Below, in pieces: positions 51,567 through 63,078 of a stretch of DNA of 64,000 nucleotides. The stretch is from an uncultured delta proteobacterium. Lineage in GTDB: Bacteria > Myxococcota_A > Polyangia > Polyangiales > Polyangiaceae. The notes below the pieces were generated by a model. The model was given only the letters and a program-made list of their open reading frames with translations, was not told the DNA's origin and did not search any database. Within the stretch, counting starts at the first letter, position 1. Each line of letters opens with the position of its first letter. The translations under genes and the position numbers were made by a program. The DNA is taken from positions 832,001-896,000 of the forward strand of contig CAWDXG010000001.1 in NCBI GenBank assembly GCA_963806225.1, given 5' to 3'.

Positions 51567-54500
51567 ATGAGCCAAGCGCGTCGCCGTCTGACCGTCGACG
51601 GCAACGAGGCTGCGGCCTCGGTTGCCTACCGTACCAACGAGGTCGTTGCCATCTATCCGATCACGCCTGCCTCGCCGATGGGCGAGCTCAGTGACGAGTG
51701 GGCGACCCGTTCCCAGCCGAACATCTGGCAGACCGTCCCCGCGGTTTCCGAGATGCAGTCCGAAGGTGGCGCTGCGGGCGCGGTGCACGGCGCGCTCCAG
51801 GCCGGCGCGCTCGCGACCACGTTCACCGCGTCGCAGGGCCTGCTCCTGATGGTGCCGAATCTGTACAAGATCGCCGGCGAGCTCACGTCGTTCTGCCTGC
51901 ACGTGGCAGCGCGCACCATCGCCAGCCACGCGCTCAGCATCTTCTGTGACCACTCGGACGTGATGGCCGCGCGCCAGACCGGGTTCGCGATGCTCGTGTC
52001 CGCCTCGGTGCAGGAGTCGCACGACTTCGCCTGCATCGCCCAGGCGGCGACGCTACGTTCGAGGGTTCCGTTCCTGCATTTCTTCGACGGCTTCCGCACT
52101 TCGCACGAGCTGTCGAAGATCGAGTGGCTCGAAGACGACGACCTGCGCTTCATGATCGACGACGAGCTGGTCGAAGCGCATCGCGCGCGCGGTCTGTCGC
52201 CGGATCACCCCGTCGTACGTGGCACCGCCGAGAACCCGGACACGTTCTTCCAGGCGCGTGAAGCGGTGAACCTGTACTACCGGCGTGCGCCGGGCATCGT
52301 CGAGGAGGAGATGGAGCGCTTTGCCGGTCGCACCGGCCGGCGCTATCACCTGTTCGACTACTTCGGCCACAAGGATGCCGAACGGGTCGTGGTGCTGATG
52401 GGCTCCGGCGCCGAGACGGCGCGCGAGACCGTGGAGTACCTGGCCTCGAAAGGCGAGCGCGTGGGGCTCGTGCAGGTGCGGCTGTATCGGCCGTTTGCGG
52501 TGGCGGCGTTCCTCGACACGCTGCCGCGCAGCGTGCGCTCGATAGCGGTGCTCGACCGCACCAAGGAGCCGGGGGCCATCGGCGAGCCGCTGTATCTGGA
52601 TGTAGTGGCGGCCTTCGCCGAGGGCTGGGAAGCCGAGTTGCCGCGCATCATCGGCGGTCGCTACGGGCTTTCGAGCAAGGAGTTCACGCCGGCCATGGTC
52701 AAGGCCGTGCTCGACGAGCTCTCGCGGGATGCGCCCCGCCGCCACTTCAGCGTCGGCATCGTGGACGACGTGACGCACGAATCGCTACCCCTCGAGGGGG
52801 ATTTCCAGATCCTCCCCGACACGGTCTTCCAGGCCATGTTCTACGGCCTTGGCTCCGACGGGACGGTCGGCGCGAACAAGAACAGCATCAAGATCATCGG
52901 CGAGGACGACCAGACCTACGTGCAGGGCTACTTCGTCTACGACTCGAAGAAGGCGGGCGCGGTCACCGTGTCGCACCTGCGCTTCGGCTCGCAGCCGATC
53001 GGGGCGCCGTATCTGATCCAGCGTGCGAACTTCGTCGCCTGCCATCAAGTCCGAGTTCCTCGAGCGCACCGAGATGCTGGACAAGGTCAAGGAAGGCGGC
53101 GTGTTCCTGCTCAACAGCCCCTATGCTCCGGATCAGGTGTGGGATCACCTGCCGCGCGAGGTGCAGGCCGCGATCATCGACAAGAAGCTCAAGTTCTACG
53201 CCATCGACGCCTACAAGGTGGCGCACGATGCCGGCCTCGGCCGCCGCATCAACACGGTGATGCAGACCTGCTTCTTCGCGATCTCCGGCGTCCTGCCTCG
53301 CGATACGGCGATCGAGAAGATCAAGCTGGCGATCGAGAAGACCTACGGCAAGAAGGGCGGCGAGCTGGTGCGCCGCAACTCCGCCGCAGTCGACGCCACG
53401 CTGGCGGAGCTGCACGAGATCGCGGTGCCTGCCGAGGTGACCGCGAGCGAGGTGCGGCCGCCTGCCGTGCCGACCGAGGCGCCCGACTTCGTGCAGCGGG
53501 TCACCGCCGTGCTGATCGCGGGCAAGGGCGACGCGCTGCCCGTCAGCGCGTTTCCGGTCGACGGTACCTGGCCGCTGTCCACCAGCCGCTGGGAGAAACG
53601 CAACATCGCCCAGGAGATCCCGGTCTGGGATCCGGACATCTGCATCCAGTGCAACAAGTGTGCGCTGGTGTGCCCCCACGCGACCATCCGCGCCAAGGTC
53701 TACGACGAAAAGCAGCTCGACGGAGCGCCCGAAGGCTTCAAGAGCATCGTGTGGAAGAGTGGCGAGCTGAAAGGCAGCCAGTACACCATCCAGGTTGCCC
53801 CCGAGGACTGCACGGGCTGTGGCCTGTGCGTGGAGGTGTGCCCCGCGAAGGACAAGGCGAATCCGCGCCACAAGGCCATCGACATGCAGCCGCAGCGGCC
53901 GCTGCGCGACGCGGAAGCGGAGCGCTATGCGTTCTTCCTGTCGCTGCCTCCGATCGACCGGCGCCGCGTCCGGCTCGACGTGAAGCAGAGCCAACTGCTC
54001 GAGCCGCTATTCGAGTATTCGGGCGCGTGTCCGGGCTGCGGCGAGACGCCGTACATCAAGTTGATGACGCAGCTGTTCGGCGACCGCGCGCTGGTCGCGA
54101 ATGCTACCGGCTGTTCGTCGATCTACGGTGGCAACCTGCCGACCACGCCCTACTGCACCGACGCGGCGGGTCGCGGGCCCGCGTGGTCGAACTCGCTGTT
54201 CGAGGACAACGCCGAATTCGGCTACGGTTTCCGGCTCGCAGTCGACTCGCACCGCCACCACGCACGCGCGCTCGTCGGGTCGCTGGGTTCGCAGATCGGA
54301 GAACGGCTGGCGACGGAGCTGCTCGATGCCGTGCAAGCCGACGAATCCGGCATCGTGGCGCAGCGCGAGCGCGTTGCCGAGCTGAAGAAGGTGCTGGCCC
54401 GCGTCGACAGCAGCGATGCGCGGCTCTTGAGCGGCCTCTCCGATTATCTGGTCAAGAAGAGCGTGTGGCTGGTGGGCGGCGACGGCTGGGCCTACGACAT

Positions 54501-55131
54501 CGGCTACGGCGGGCTGGATCACGTGCTGGCTTCCAGCGCGGATGTGAACGTGCTGGTGCTCGACACGGAGGTCTACTCGAACACCGGCGGACAGCAGTCG
54601 AAGGCCACCCCGCTCGGCGCGGCGGCGAAGTTCGCCGCAGCCGGCAAGTCGACGCCGAAGAAGGATCTGGGGCTGCTCGCGATGAGCTATTCGCACGTGT
54701 ACGTGGCGAGCGTGGCGTTCGGTGCGCGCGACGCCCAGACGGTGCGGGCCTTCGCGGAGGCGGACGCGCACCCCGGACCATCGCTCATCATCGCCTACAG
54801 CCACTGCATCGCACACGGCTATGATCTCGCGTTCGGCGCGCAGCAGCAGAAGCTCGCGGTCGAGTCGGGCGTGTGGCCGCTGTACCGCTTCGACCCGCGG
54901 CGTATCGACGCCGGCGAGCCGCCGCTGGTGCTGGACGCGCGTGCCGGCAAGACGAAGGTACGACAGTACATGATGGGCGAGATGCGCTTCCGGATGGTGG
55001 AAAAGAGCGATCCGGAGCGCTTTGAATGGCTGCTCGCGCTGGCCGAGCGCGAGGCCGAGCGCCGCGTGGGCGTCTACGAGCAGCTATCGCATCTGACCTA
55101 CGGCGTGGACCCTTCCGACGAGAAGAGCTGA
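51567..55131 (+). CDS. nifJ: Pyruvate:ferredoxin (flavodoxin) oxidoreductase; frameshift near 53048
   Basis: AIYPITP, EMQSEGGAAG, CIQCNKCALVCP, CTGCGLCVEVCP, GACPGCGETPY, GGDGWAYDIG. Confidence 0.96.
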
Positions 55132-55134
55132 TTC

Positions 55135-56139
55135 ATGGACCTGAGCACGAAGTACCTTGGACTGACGCTTTCGCATCCTCTGATGGCGGGCGCTTCTCCG
55201 CTCGTGGATGACCTGGACATGGTGCGGCGCCTCGAGGATGCCGGCGCCGCGGCCATCGTGATGCACTCGCTGTTCGAGGAACAGATCACGCGGGAACAGG
55301 TCAGCGCGCAGCGCATCCTCGACACGCCCGCCGAGTCCTTCGCCGAGGCGCTCAGCTACTTTCCCGAGCCGGAAGACTACATGCTCGGCCCCGACGAGTA
55401 TCTCGAGCAGATACGGCGCGTGAAGTCGGCGGTTGGCGTGCCGGTCATGGGATCGCTGAACGGCGTGACCGACCGCGGCTGGCTCGAGTACGCGCGGCTG
55501 ATCGAGCAGGCCGGCGCGGATGCGCTGGAGCTGAACGTCTATTCGCTCGAGACGGACGCGACCGTCCCGGCCGAGCAGGTCGAGCAGCGCATCGTGGACA
55601 TGGTCCAGAGCGTCAGGCGCGCAACGCGGCTGCCGCTCGCCATCAAGCTCTCGCCCTTCTACACCTCGCTCGGGCATTTCACGCGCCGGCTCGTCGAAGC
55701 GGGCGCCGACGGCATCGTGCTGTTCAATCGCTTCTACCAGCCAGACATCGATATCGAGGAGCTGGAGGTGGCGCACCGGCTGCGTCTGTCCGATTCGTCG
55801 GAGTTGCTGCTGCGGCTGCGCTGGCTCGCCGTGCTCTACGGAGCCGAGCGTCATTCGCTGGCGGTGACCGGCGGCGTGCATACCGGCGTCGACGCTCTCA
55901 AGGCCGTGATGGCGGGGGCGAGCGGCGTGCAGATGGTTTCCGCTCTGCTGCACCACGGGCCGGAGCACATCGCCACCGTGCGCGAGGAGATGAACAGCTG
56001 GCTCGACGAGCACGAGTACAACTCGCTCGGGCAGGCGCTCGGCAGCATGAGCCTCGAGCACTGCCCTGAGCCGGCGGCCTATGAGCGCGGCAACTACGTC
56101 CGCATACTCCAGAACTGGCGCGACAATCTCGAGAGCTGA
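55135..56139 (+). CDS. Dihydroorotate dehydrogenase-like flavoprotein
   Basis: MDLSTKYLGL, SLFEEQI, ALELN, KLSPFY, LFNRFYQPDID, YERGNY. Confidence 0.9.
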   Translation: MDLSTKYLGLTLSHPLMAGASPLVDDLDMVRRLEDAGAAAIVMHSLFEEQITREQVSAQRILDTPAESFAEALSYFPEPEDYMLGPDEYLEQIRRVKSAVGVPVMGSLNGVTDRGWLEYARLIEQAGADALELNVYSLETDATVPAEQVEQRIVDMVQSVRRATRLPLAIKLSPFYTSLGHFTRRLVEAGADGIVLFNRFYQPDIDIEELEVAHRLRLSDSSELLLRLRWLAVLYGAERHSLAVTGGVHTGVDALKAVMAGASGVQMVSALLHHGPEHIATVREEMNSWLDEHEYNSLGQALGSMSLEHCPEPAAYERGNYVRILQNWRDNLES

Positions 56140-56148
56140 CCGCTCCGC

Positions 56149-56892
56149 CTAGAAGTACAGCTCCGCGCCGAGTGTGGCGACGGCCTGGAACTTCCACTCG
56201 CTCTTGATGCTGTTGATGTGGAACGCGGTGGGCGAGTCGAACGTCGTGTTGATGCGCTCGCTGAGCTTGCTGCTGACGCCGGGGTTGTAGCCGCCGCGCA
56301 GCTGGAAGGGGATGCGCAGGTCGATGGCCGGCAGCGGTAGCTTGATCTCGAGCCCCGCGCCGAAGGCGATCATCGTGTAGTTGTCGGCGGTCGCCTTCAT
56401 CGGCGGAAGGCCGGGTTTGTCGACCTCCAGTGAACCGCTGCCCGGGAACACGAACTCGGGGCCAACGAAGAACTCGGGCGCCACGATGGGCGCAGGCACC
56501 ACCAGCTTGGCCAGCACCGGCACATGCCAGGCCGATTGCCCGAGCGTGATGTGGAACTTGTAGTTGTTGATGCTCAGGTCCCCGCTGCCCTTGTCGCTGG
56601 TGCGGAACACGTCGAGCTCCACGCCGAGCAGCTTGATGAAGCGCGCGTCGATCATCAGCCCGCCACCGGCCGTCATGCCGGCGAAGCCCGGATAGATGTC
56701 CGGGGCCGGAAGGGTCTGGCCGCCCGCGTTGGTCAGCGTCTTTTCCGACGGCTTGTCGAGGAAGTTGCCGCCGATGACGCCGCCGAGCCCGACGCCGAGC
56801 TTGAAGGCACCGCCCTTGGCGAAGGCGGGCAGAGCGATGGAACTGGCGGCGAGTGCAGCCAACAGAGCGACGGTACGGGGGCGTGACATCAT
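56149..56892 (-). CDS. Outer-membrane beta-barrel protein
   Basis: Signal peptide AFA, alternating beta strands, C-terminal ELYF. Confidence 0.75.
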   Translation of the reverse strand: MMSRPRTVALLAALAASSIALPAFAKGGAFKLGVGLGGVIGGNFLDKPSEKTLTNAGGQTLPAPDIYPGFAGMTAGGGLMIDARFIKLLGVELDVFRTSDKGSGDLSINNYKFHITLGQSAWHVPVLAKLVVPAPIVAPEFFVGPEFVFPGSGSLEVDKPGLPPMKATADNYTMIAFGAGLEIKLPLPAIDLRIPFQLRGGYNPGVSSKLSERINTTFDSPTAFHINSIKSEWKFQAVATLGAELYF

Positions 56893-56959
56893 GTTCTCCT
56901 CCTCGCCAGCAGCACGTGGGCTTCCACGGGCACGCCGGCGGCGCTACTCTACATCGGCC

Positions 56960-58126
56960 TTGTTTTTCTGGAAGCGCGAAATCCTGCTCGCTCTGGGCTG
57001 CGGGCTCGCGGCGTTGCTACCGGCCTGCTCGTCGGGAGACAAGCCCGCGGAATCGCACTCCGGTCCGGCCTGGCTCTCCGGCGCGAAGGTCCTGGTGCAT
57101 GGCCCGGACAACACGTACGCGGACTGCCGCAAGGTCATCTGCCGGCACAACGAGAACACCGATCTGACCACGTGGAACGGCGGCATCTACCTGGTCCACC
57201 GCACCGCGATCGGCCAGAAGCTCGGCCCGAACAGCGCGCTCCACGTCTACCGCAGCGACGACGGCGGAAAGACGTTCCAGGAGACGGCGCTCATCGACGC
57301 GCCGTCCGACCGCGATATCCGCGACCCCAGCTTCTACGTTGTAGGCGGCGAGCTCTACATCAAGGCGCTGACGCGCCTGCCGGTGAATTCAACCCGCGAT
57401 TCCAACGTGGACACCGTCGCGGTGGCCACACATTCGAGCGACGGCAGGACGTGGACGCCGCTAGAGGACATCGGGCCCCACGGCTGGAGCTTCTGGCGCA
57501 TCAAGGAGCACGCCGGCGTCTACTACAACGCCGCGTACGAGGATGGCGACAAGAGCGTCGTGCTCTTCAGCTCGAAGGATGGCGTCGTCTGGACCGCCGG
57601 CGCGACCATCTACGACATCAGCAAGGACACGCCGCTCGAGACGGAGCTCACTTTCATGCCTTCGGGGCGCCTGCTCGCCCTGGTGCGCATGGATGGCACC
57701 GACCAGGAACTGCTCGGCGACGAGGGGCGGCTGCGCACCAAGGTGTGCTGGGCGACCGCGCCGTATTCGAAGTTCGACTGCCCCCAGGAGCTGACGGGGC
57801 AGCGGCTCGACGGCCCCGTGAGCTTCTTCCACGACTCGCGCCTGTTCGTTGTGGCCCGCAAGCACCTTACGGGTACGGGCAAGAAGCGCACGGCCCTGTT
57901 CGAGATCACCGGCAAGCTCGAAGGCGGCCCCATCGGTATCAAGGAGTGGGGCGAGCTGCCGAGCGCGGGCGATACCTCGTACGCCGGCGTCCAGCCCATC
58001 GACAAGAACAGAGAGCTCGTCACCTGGTACTCGGGCGACCTCGAGCTCGATCACGCCTGGCTCATCGCCATGTTCGAGCCGACCGACATCTGGAAGGGCG
58101 TCATCGATTTTTCGAAGCTGAAGTGA
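56960..58126 (+). CDS. Sialidase-like Asp-box beta-propeller lipoprotein
   Basis: Lipobox LPAC; SDDGGKTF, SSDGRTW, SKDGVVW; DIRDP; PSAGDTSY; start uncertain. Confidence 0.78.
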   Translation: MFFWKREILLALGCGLAALLPACSSGDKPAESHSGPAWLSGAKVLVHGPDNTYADCRKVICRHNENTDLTTWNGGIYLVHRTAIGQKLGPNSALHVYRSDDGGKTFQETALIDAPSDRDIRDPSFYVVGGELYIKALTRLPVNSTRDSNVDTVAVATHSSDGRTWTPLEDIGPHGWSFWRIKEHAGVYYNAAYEDGDKSVVLFSSKDGVVWTAGATIYDISKDTPLETELTFMPSGRLLALVRMDGTDQELLGDEGRLRTKVCWATAPYSKFDCPQELTGQRLDGPVSFFHDSRLFVVARKHLTGTGKKRTALFEITGKLEGGPIGIKEWGELPSAGDTSYAGVQPIDKNRELVTWYSGDLELDHAWLIAMFEPTDIWKGVIDFSKLK

Positions 58127-58152
58127 AGAACAAGGGTTTTGCCTTCAAGTTC

Positions 58153-58791
58153 ATGTCCAATCGCTGGCTCTTTGTCTTCGCTGTCTCCCTGAGCTGCAGC
58201 GCTTGCGGCGGCAGCGTCACGTCGGGATCGAACCAGGGCCAAGGCGGCACGGGCGCAAGCGGTGGCACGGGCGCAAGCGGCGGAGCAGCGGGCAGCGGAG
58301 GAGGTACTTCGAGCTGCGTTCCCGGTGGCGACTGCGCCACCCCGGGCGACACCTGCACTCCGCCGGGATGCTGTCAGTGCACGTATCTCTGCTCGGGCAA
58401 GCACTGGCAGCCCGGCGCGTGTCCGTCGTGCCCCGCAGTGATGTGTCCAGGCACGCCGCCCAATGACGGTGCCCCGTGCGACAGCTGCCAGGATCCGGTC
58501 AACCAACCCTGTAGCTATGGCGTGTGTACGGCGGTCGCCACATGCGACGGTCAACGCTGGCACGTCGAGATCCCACCGTGTCCGCCGCCAGCGCCGTGCG
58601 ACGGCTCGAACGCGTGTCCCGCGGGGCAGCTCTGTGTGCATCCCGGCGGGCTCGGCGACTCGCCCTACTGCGCGAAGAATCCCTGCTCGTCCGAGCCGGT
58701 GAGCTGCCAATGCGCGGGCTCGCTCTGCACCTACGGCTACTGCGCGAACGCAACGCCCAGCGGCGTCTATTGCGATTGTCCGGACTGTTGA
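58153..58791 (+). CDS. Cys-rich lipoprotein
   Basis: Lipobox CSAC, Gly linker, CPGTPPNDGAPC module. Confidence 0.8.
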   Translation: MSNRWLFVFAVSLSCSACGGSVTSGSNQGQGGTGASGGTGASGGAAGSGGGTSSCVPGGDCATPGDTCTPPGCCQCTYLCSGKHWQPGACPSCPAVMCPGTPPNDGAPCDSCQDPVNQPCSYGVCTAVATCDGQRWHVEIPPCPPPAPCDGSNACPAGQLCVHPGGLGDSPYCAKNPCSSEPVSCQCAGSLCTYGYCANATPSGVYCDCPDC

Positions 58792-58837
58792 AGGTCGTCT
58801 TCCCGCGCCGCCGGCGGGCCTGTACGCTGCGGCCCTC

Positions 58838-59224
58838 ATGACGATCCGCATTGTCCGCCTCGGCCAGCCCCGTAGCCGAAACGAAGGGCTCCGCATCGGC
58901 ACCGTGCGCCGGCCGCCGCGCGGCGTTCCGGCCAGCCGCTTCGCGTCCGATGACTGGTACGACGTCTGGTATCCGGATCTGTCGCCGAGCCCGGAGTTGG
59001 TCAAGCTCGGTCAGAGCGCAAGGACCGATCGCGAGTGGTCCGCGTTCAAGAAGCGGTTTCGCAAGGAGATGACCCAACCGACTGCGCGCCGCACCCTGGA
59101 TCTGCTCGCGGCGCTGTCGCACACGACGAACCTCTCCGTCGGCTGCTACTGCGAGGACGAAGCACACTGCCATCGCTCCGTGTTGCGGGAGCTTCTCGCG
59201 GAGCGCGGCGCCGCGCTCCGCTGA
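58838..59224 (+). CDS. DUF488 family protein
   Basis: RRPPRGV, WYPDLSPSPEL, CYCEDEAHCHRSVL. Confidence 0.88.
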   Translation: MTIRIVRLGQPRSRNEGLRIGTVRRPPRGVPASRFASDDWYDVWYPDLSPSPELVKLGQSARTDREWSAFKKRFRKEMTQPTARRTLDLLAALSHTTNLSVGCYCEDEAHCHRSVLRELLAERGAALR

Positions 59225-59272
59225 CCATCTGCGCGCCGAGTGCCCTGACCCCGCTGCTACGCTGGGGGCCGC

Positions 59273-60541
59273 ATGGCGCGGATATTGCTGGCAGCGCAGG
59301 TCATGGGGGGCCGCTGGCTGTTCGCGTTCGCGCTGGGGATCCTGCTGATCGTTCCGGCGCCGTTGCTTGTCGCCACGCCCGCGCCGAGCGCATCGGGCGG
59401 CTGCGACACGCCGACCGGCGCCTGCCCGATATTCGAGGACGACGCTGGCGCGCTCGCGCCGATGCCCGACGTGAAGAAGTTCGAGCACGCGCTGCTGTTC
59501 TTCTGGGGCGTCGGCTGTGCCCACTGCGAAAAGGCCAAATCCTTCCTCGAGCGCCTGTCGCGCGAGGAGCCGAAGCTCGCCATCGAGCGCGTCGAGGTGC
59601 GCAGGGATCGCGAAGGGGCGCGAGCGCTTTCTGCGCAAGGTCAAGGAGCTTGGCATCAAGGCGCCCGGCATCCCGACGTTTGTCTACAACCGGAGCTACA
59701 TCGTCGGCTTCAACGAGGGCGTCACCGAGGACCAGGTGCGCCGCATGGTCCGCGGCAAGAGCGCGAGCTCGGCCCGAGGCAGTAGCGATCGGCTTGAACC
59801 GGTGGTGCTGCCCATCGTCGGCGAAGTGAATCCGTCGGAGATCCCGATGCCGGCCTTCACGCTGCTGGTCGGTTTGCTGGACGGCATCAACCCGTGCGCG
59901 ATGTGGGTGCTCTTGGTGCTGCTCGGCCTCTTGCTCCACGTCCGGCAGCGGAGGCGGCTGCTCCTGTTCGGTGGCGTGTTCGTACTGATGAGCGGCCTCG
60001 TCTATTTCCTGTTCATGACCGTGTGGGTCGGTCTGTTCCGGCTGGTCGGCATCTCGCGGCTCATCACGATAGGCCTCGGCGATCGTCGTCCTCGCGATGG
60101 GGCTCATCAACCTCAAGGAGCTCGTCTGGTTCAAGAAGGGCCCGTCGCTCACCATCCCCGACCAAGCCAAGCCCGGGCTCTACCGACGCATGCGCGGCGT
60201 GGCGAACGCCGCCAGCCTGCCCGCCGCGCTGCTCGGTATCACGCTTCCTCGCCTTCGTCGTGAATCTGATCGAGCTCGGCTGCACGCTTGGGCTGCCCGC
60301 GGTCTACACGCGCATCCTCACGTTGCGCGCGGATCTGCCGCCGTCGATGCACTACGCCTACCTCGCTCTGTACAACCTGGCGTACATCGTGCCGCTTGCG
60401 CTGATCGTCACGGTGTACGTGGCAACCTTGCATCGGCTGACCCTTGGCGAGCGGGGCGCGAAGGTGCTGAAGGCCGTGAGCGGCACGCTGCTGGTCGCGT
60501 TCGGGGTCGTGTTCATCGTCGCGCCGGGCCTCCTCGGCTGA
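59273..60541 (+). CDS. Thioredoxin-like domain fused to a CcdA/DsbD-like membrane domain; frameshifts near 59620, 60080 and 60245
   Basis: FWGVGCAHC, GIPTF, DGINPCAMWVL, NLIELGCTLGLP. Confidence 0.8.
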
Positions 60542-60546
60542 GGCCA

Positions 60547-60646
60547 CGCAGGCGCTGCGCCGGCGCACGGGCGCTGGCGCAGGCTGTGCGGGGGCGTGGC
60601 GGCCTGGCGTGGTCCGTGCGGCCGGACGCTCTGGCCTGGCTTTTGC
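60547..60646 (+). promoter_or_regulatory. Sigma54-type promoter of ppsA with two CGCA-N5-TGCG sites
   Basis: CGCAGGCGCTGCG at 60547-60559; CGCAGGCTGTGCG at 60578-60590; TGG-CCTGGCTTTT-GC at 60632-60646. Confidence 0.55.
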
Positions 60647-60663
60647 CCCTTTTTCGATCCGCC

Positions 60664-63055
60664 ATGGCCAAACGTCACGTGATTCCGTTCCGCGAGATCG
60701 ATATGCAGCGACCTGCCCCAGGTCGGCGGCAAGAACGCTTCGCTGGGGGAGATGATCCAGACCCTGGCCGGTGTCGGCGTCCGCGTGCCCGACGGCTTTG
60801 CCGTGACGGCCGACGCCTACCGCGCAGCACCTCAGCGAAGCCGGCATCGAGGCGGAAATCTACGGCGCGCTCGACGAGCTCGAGCCCCGCGACATGCAGG
60901 CGCTGTCGCGCGTCGGCCGGTTCGTCCGCGAGCGCATCGGCAGCGCGCCGCTGCCGCGCGCCGTCGTCGAGCAGATCCTGGGCGCGTACCAGCGAGCTCA
61001 GCATCGCGCTACGAGGAGGCCGAGACCGACGTGGCGGTGCGCTCCAGCGCCACGGCCGAGGATCTGCCCGACGGCGTCCTTCGCCGGACAGCAGGAGACG
61101 TACCTCAACGTCCGCGGCGGCGACGCGGCTGCTCGCGGCGGTGCGCGACTGCATGGCCTCGCTCTTCACCGACCGCGCCATCGTCTACCGCCGGAGCGCG
61201 GCTTCGCCCATCGCGACGTGGCGCTCTCCGTCGGCGTGCAGAAGATGGTGCGCAGCGACCTGGCGTCCGCCGGCGTGATCTTCACGCTCGACACCGAGAC
61301 CGGCTTCCGCGACGTCGTCGTCGTCACCGGCGCGTGGGGCCTGGGCGAGACGGTCGTGCAGGGTCGCGTGAATCCCGACGAGTTCTGGGTGCACAAGCCG
61401 ACGCTTGCCGCGGGGTTCCGCCCGCTCGTGAAGAAGGAGTGCGGCGACAAGCAGATCAAGCTCGTCTACGCCGACGGCGGTACGCGCGCCGTCAAGGAGC
61501 TGCGTGTCCCGGCCCGCCAGCGCGAGCGCTTCGTGCTCGACGGACGACGAGATCCTCGAGCTGTCGCGCTGGGCCATCGACATCGAGAAGCACTACACCG
61601 AGCGCGCCGGCCACCCGACGCCCATGGACATCGAGTGGGCGAAGGACGGCCGGAGCGGCGAGCTTTTCATCGTGCAGGCGCGGCCCGAGACGGTGCGCTC
61701 GCAGGAGACCGCGCCGCACTTCGAGATGTACCGCCTGCGCGGCAAGGGCAAGGCGCTGGTGACGGGCAAGAGCGTGGGCGCCAAGATCGGCGCGGGCATC
61801 GTGCGCGTCGCGCTCTCGACAGACGAGCTGGCGGACTTCAAGGACGGCGAAGTGCTGGTCACCACCATGACCGACCCGGACTGGGAACCGATTCTCAGGC
61901 GGGCCGCGGCGGTCGTCACCGACCAGGGCGGCCGAACCTGCCACGCCGCCATCATCTCGCGCGAGATCGGCATTCCCAGCGTCGTCGGTACCAGCGATGC
62001 CACGAAGATCCTCGAGACCGGCCAGGAGGTGACCGTCTCGTGCGCCGAGGGCGACGAGGGGCGCGTGTACGCGGGGCGCGTCGAGTACGACCGCGAGGAC
62101 ATCGACCCGGACACGCTGCCGGAGCCGTCCGTTCCGGTGATGCTCAACGTGGGCAACCCGGAAAATGCCTTCCTGCTCGGGCAGCTACCGAGCGCTGGCG
62201 TGGGCCTGGCGCGCATCGAGTTCGTGATCTCGAGTCGGATCGGCGTGCACCCGATGGCGCTCCTGCACCCCGAGCACGTGGAGCACGCTGTGAACGCGGA
62301 GATCAAGCAAATCACCCGCAACTTCGCCTCGCCCGCCGAGTTCTTCGTGGAACGGCTCTCGCACGGCGTCGCGCAGATCGCCGCGGCGTTCTACCCGCGC
62401 CCGGTGATCGTTCGCTTCAGCGACTTCAAGTCGAACGAGTACGCGGGGCTGCTCGGCGGCGCCGCCTTCGAGCCGGAGGAGTCGAACCCGATGATCGGCT
62501 TCCGCGGCGCGTCGCGCTACTACCACGATCGCTACCGCGAGGGTTTCGCGCTCGAATGCCAGGCGATTGGCCGCGTCACCCGCGACATGGGCCTCACCAA
62601 CGTGAAGGTGATGATCCCGTTCTGTCGCACCATCGGCGAAGCGCAGAAGGTCATCGCCGAGCTCTCGAAGAACGGGCTCGAACGCGGCAAGGACGGCCTC
62701 GAGGTCTACGTGATGTGCGAGATCCCGAACAACGTGATTCTGGCCGCGGAGTTCAGCCAGCTATTCGATGGCTTCTCCATCGGCTCGAACGACCTGACCC
62801 AGCTCACGCTCGGCATCGATCGCGACTCGGAGATCCTCGCGCATCTGTTCGACGAGCGGGACCCTGGCGTCAAACGCATGATCGAGATGGTCGTCAAAGA
62901 CGGCGCACGAAAACCACCGCAAGGTCGGCATCTGCGGCCAGGCGCCCAGCGACTACCCGGAGTTCGCGGAATTCCTGGCTTCGCTCGGCATCGACAGCAT
63001 CTCGGTCACGCCGGACGCGCTGCCGCGCGTGGTGCGGCACGTGGCGAAACGATAA
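60664..63055 (+). CDS. ppsA: Phosphoenolpyruvate synthase; many frameshifts in 60700-61550 and near 62910
   Basis: [67 protein letters not shown] across frames. Confidence 0.92.
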
Positions 63056-63078
63056 CCACCGGGAAGGGGAGCAGAACC

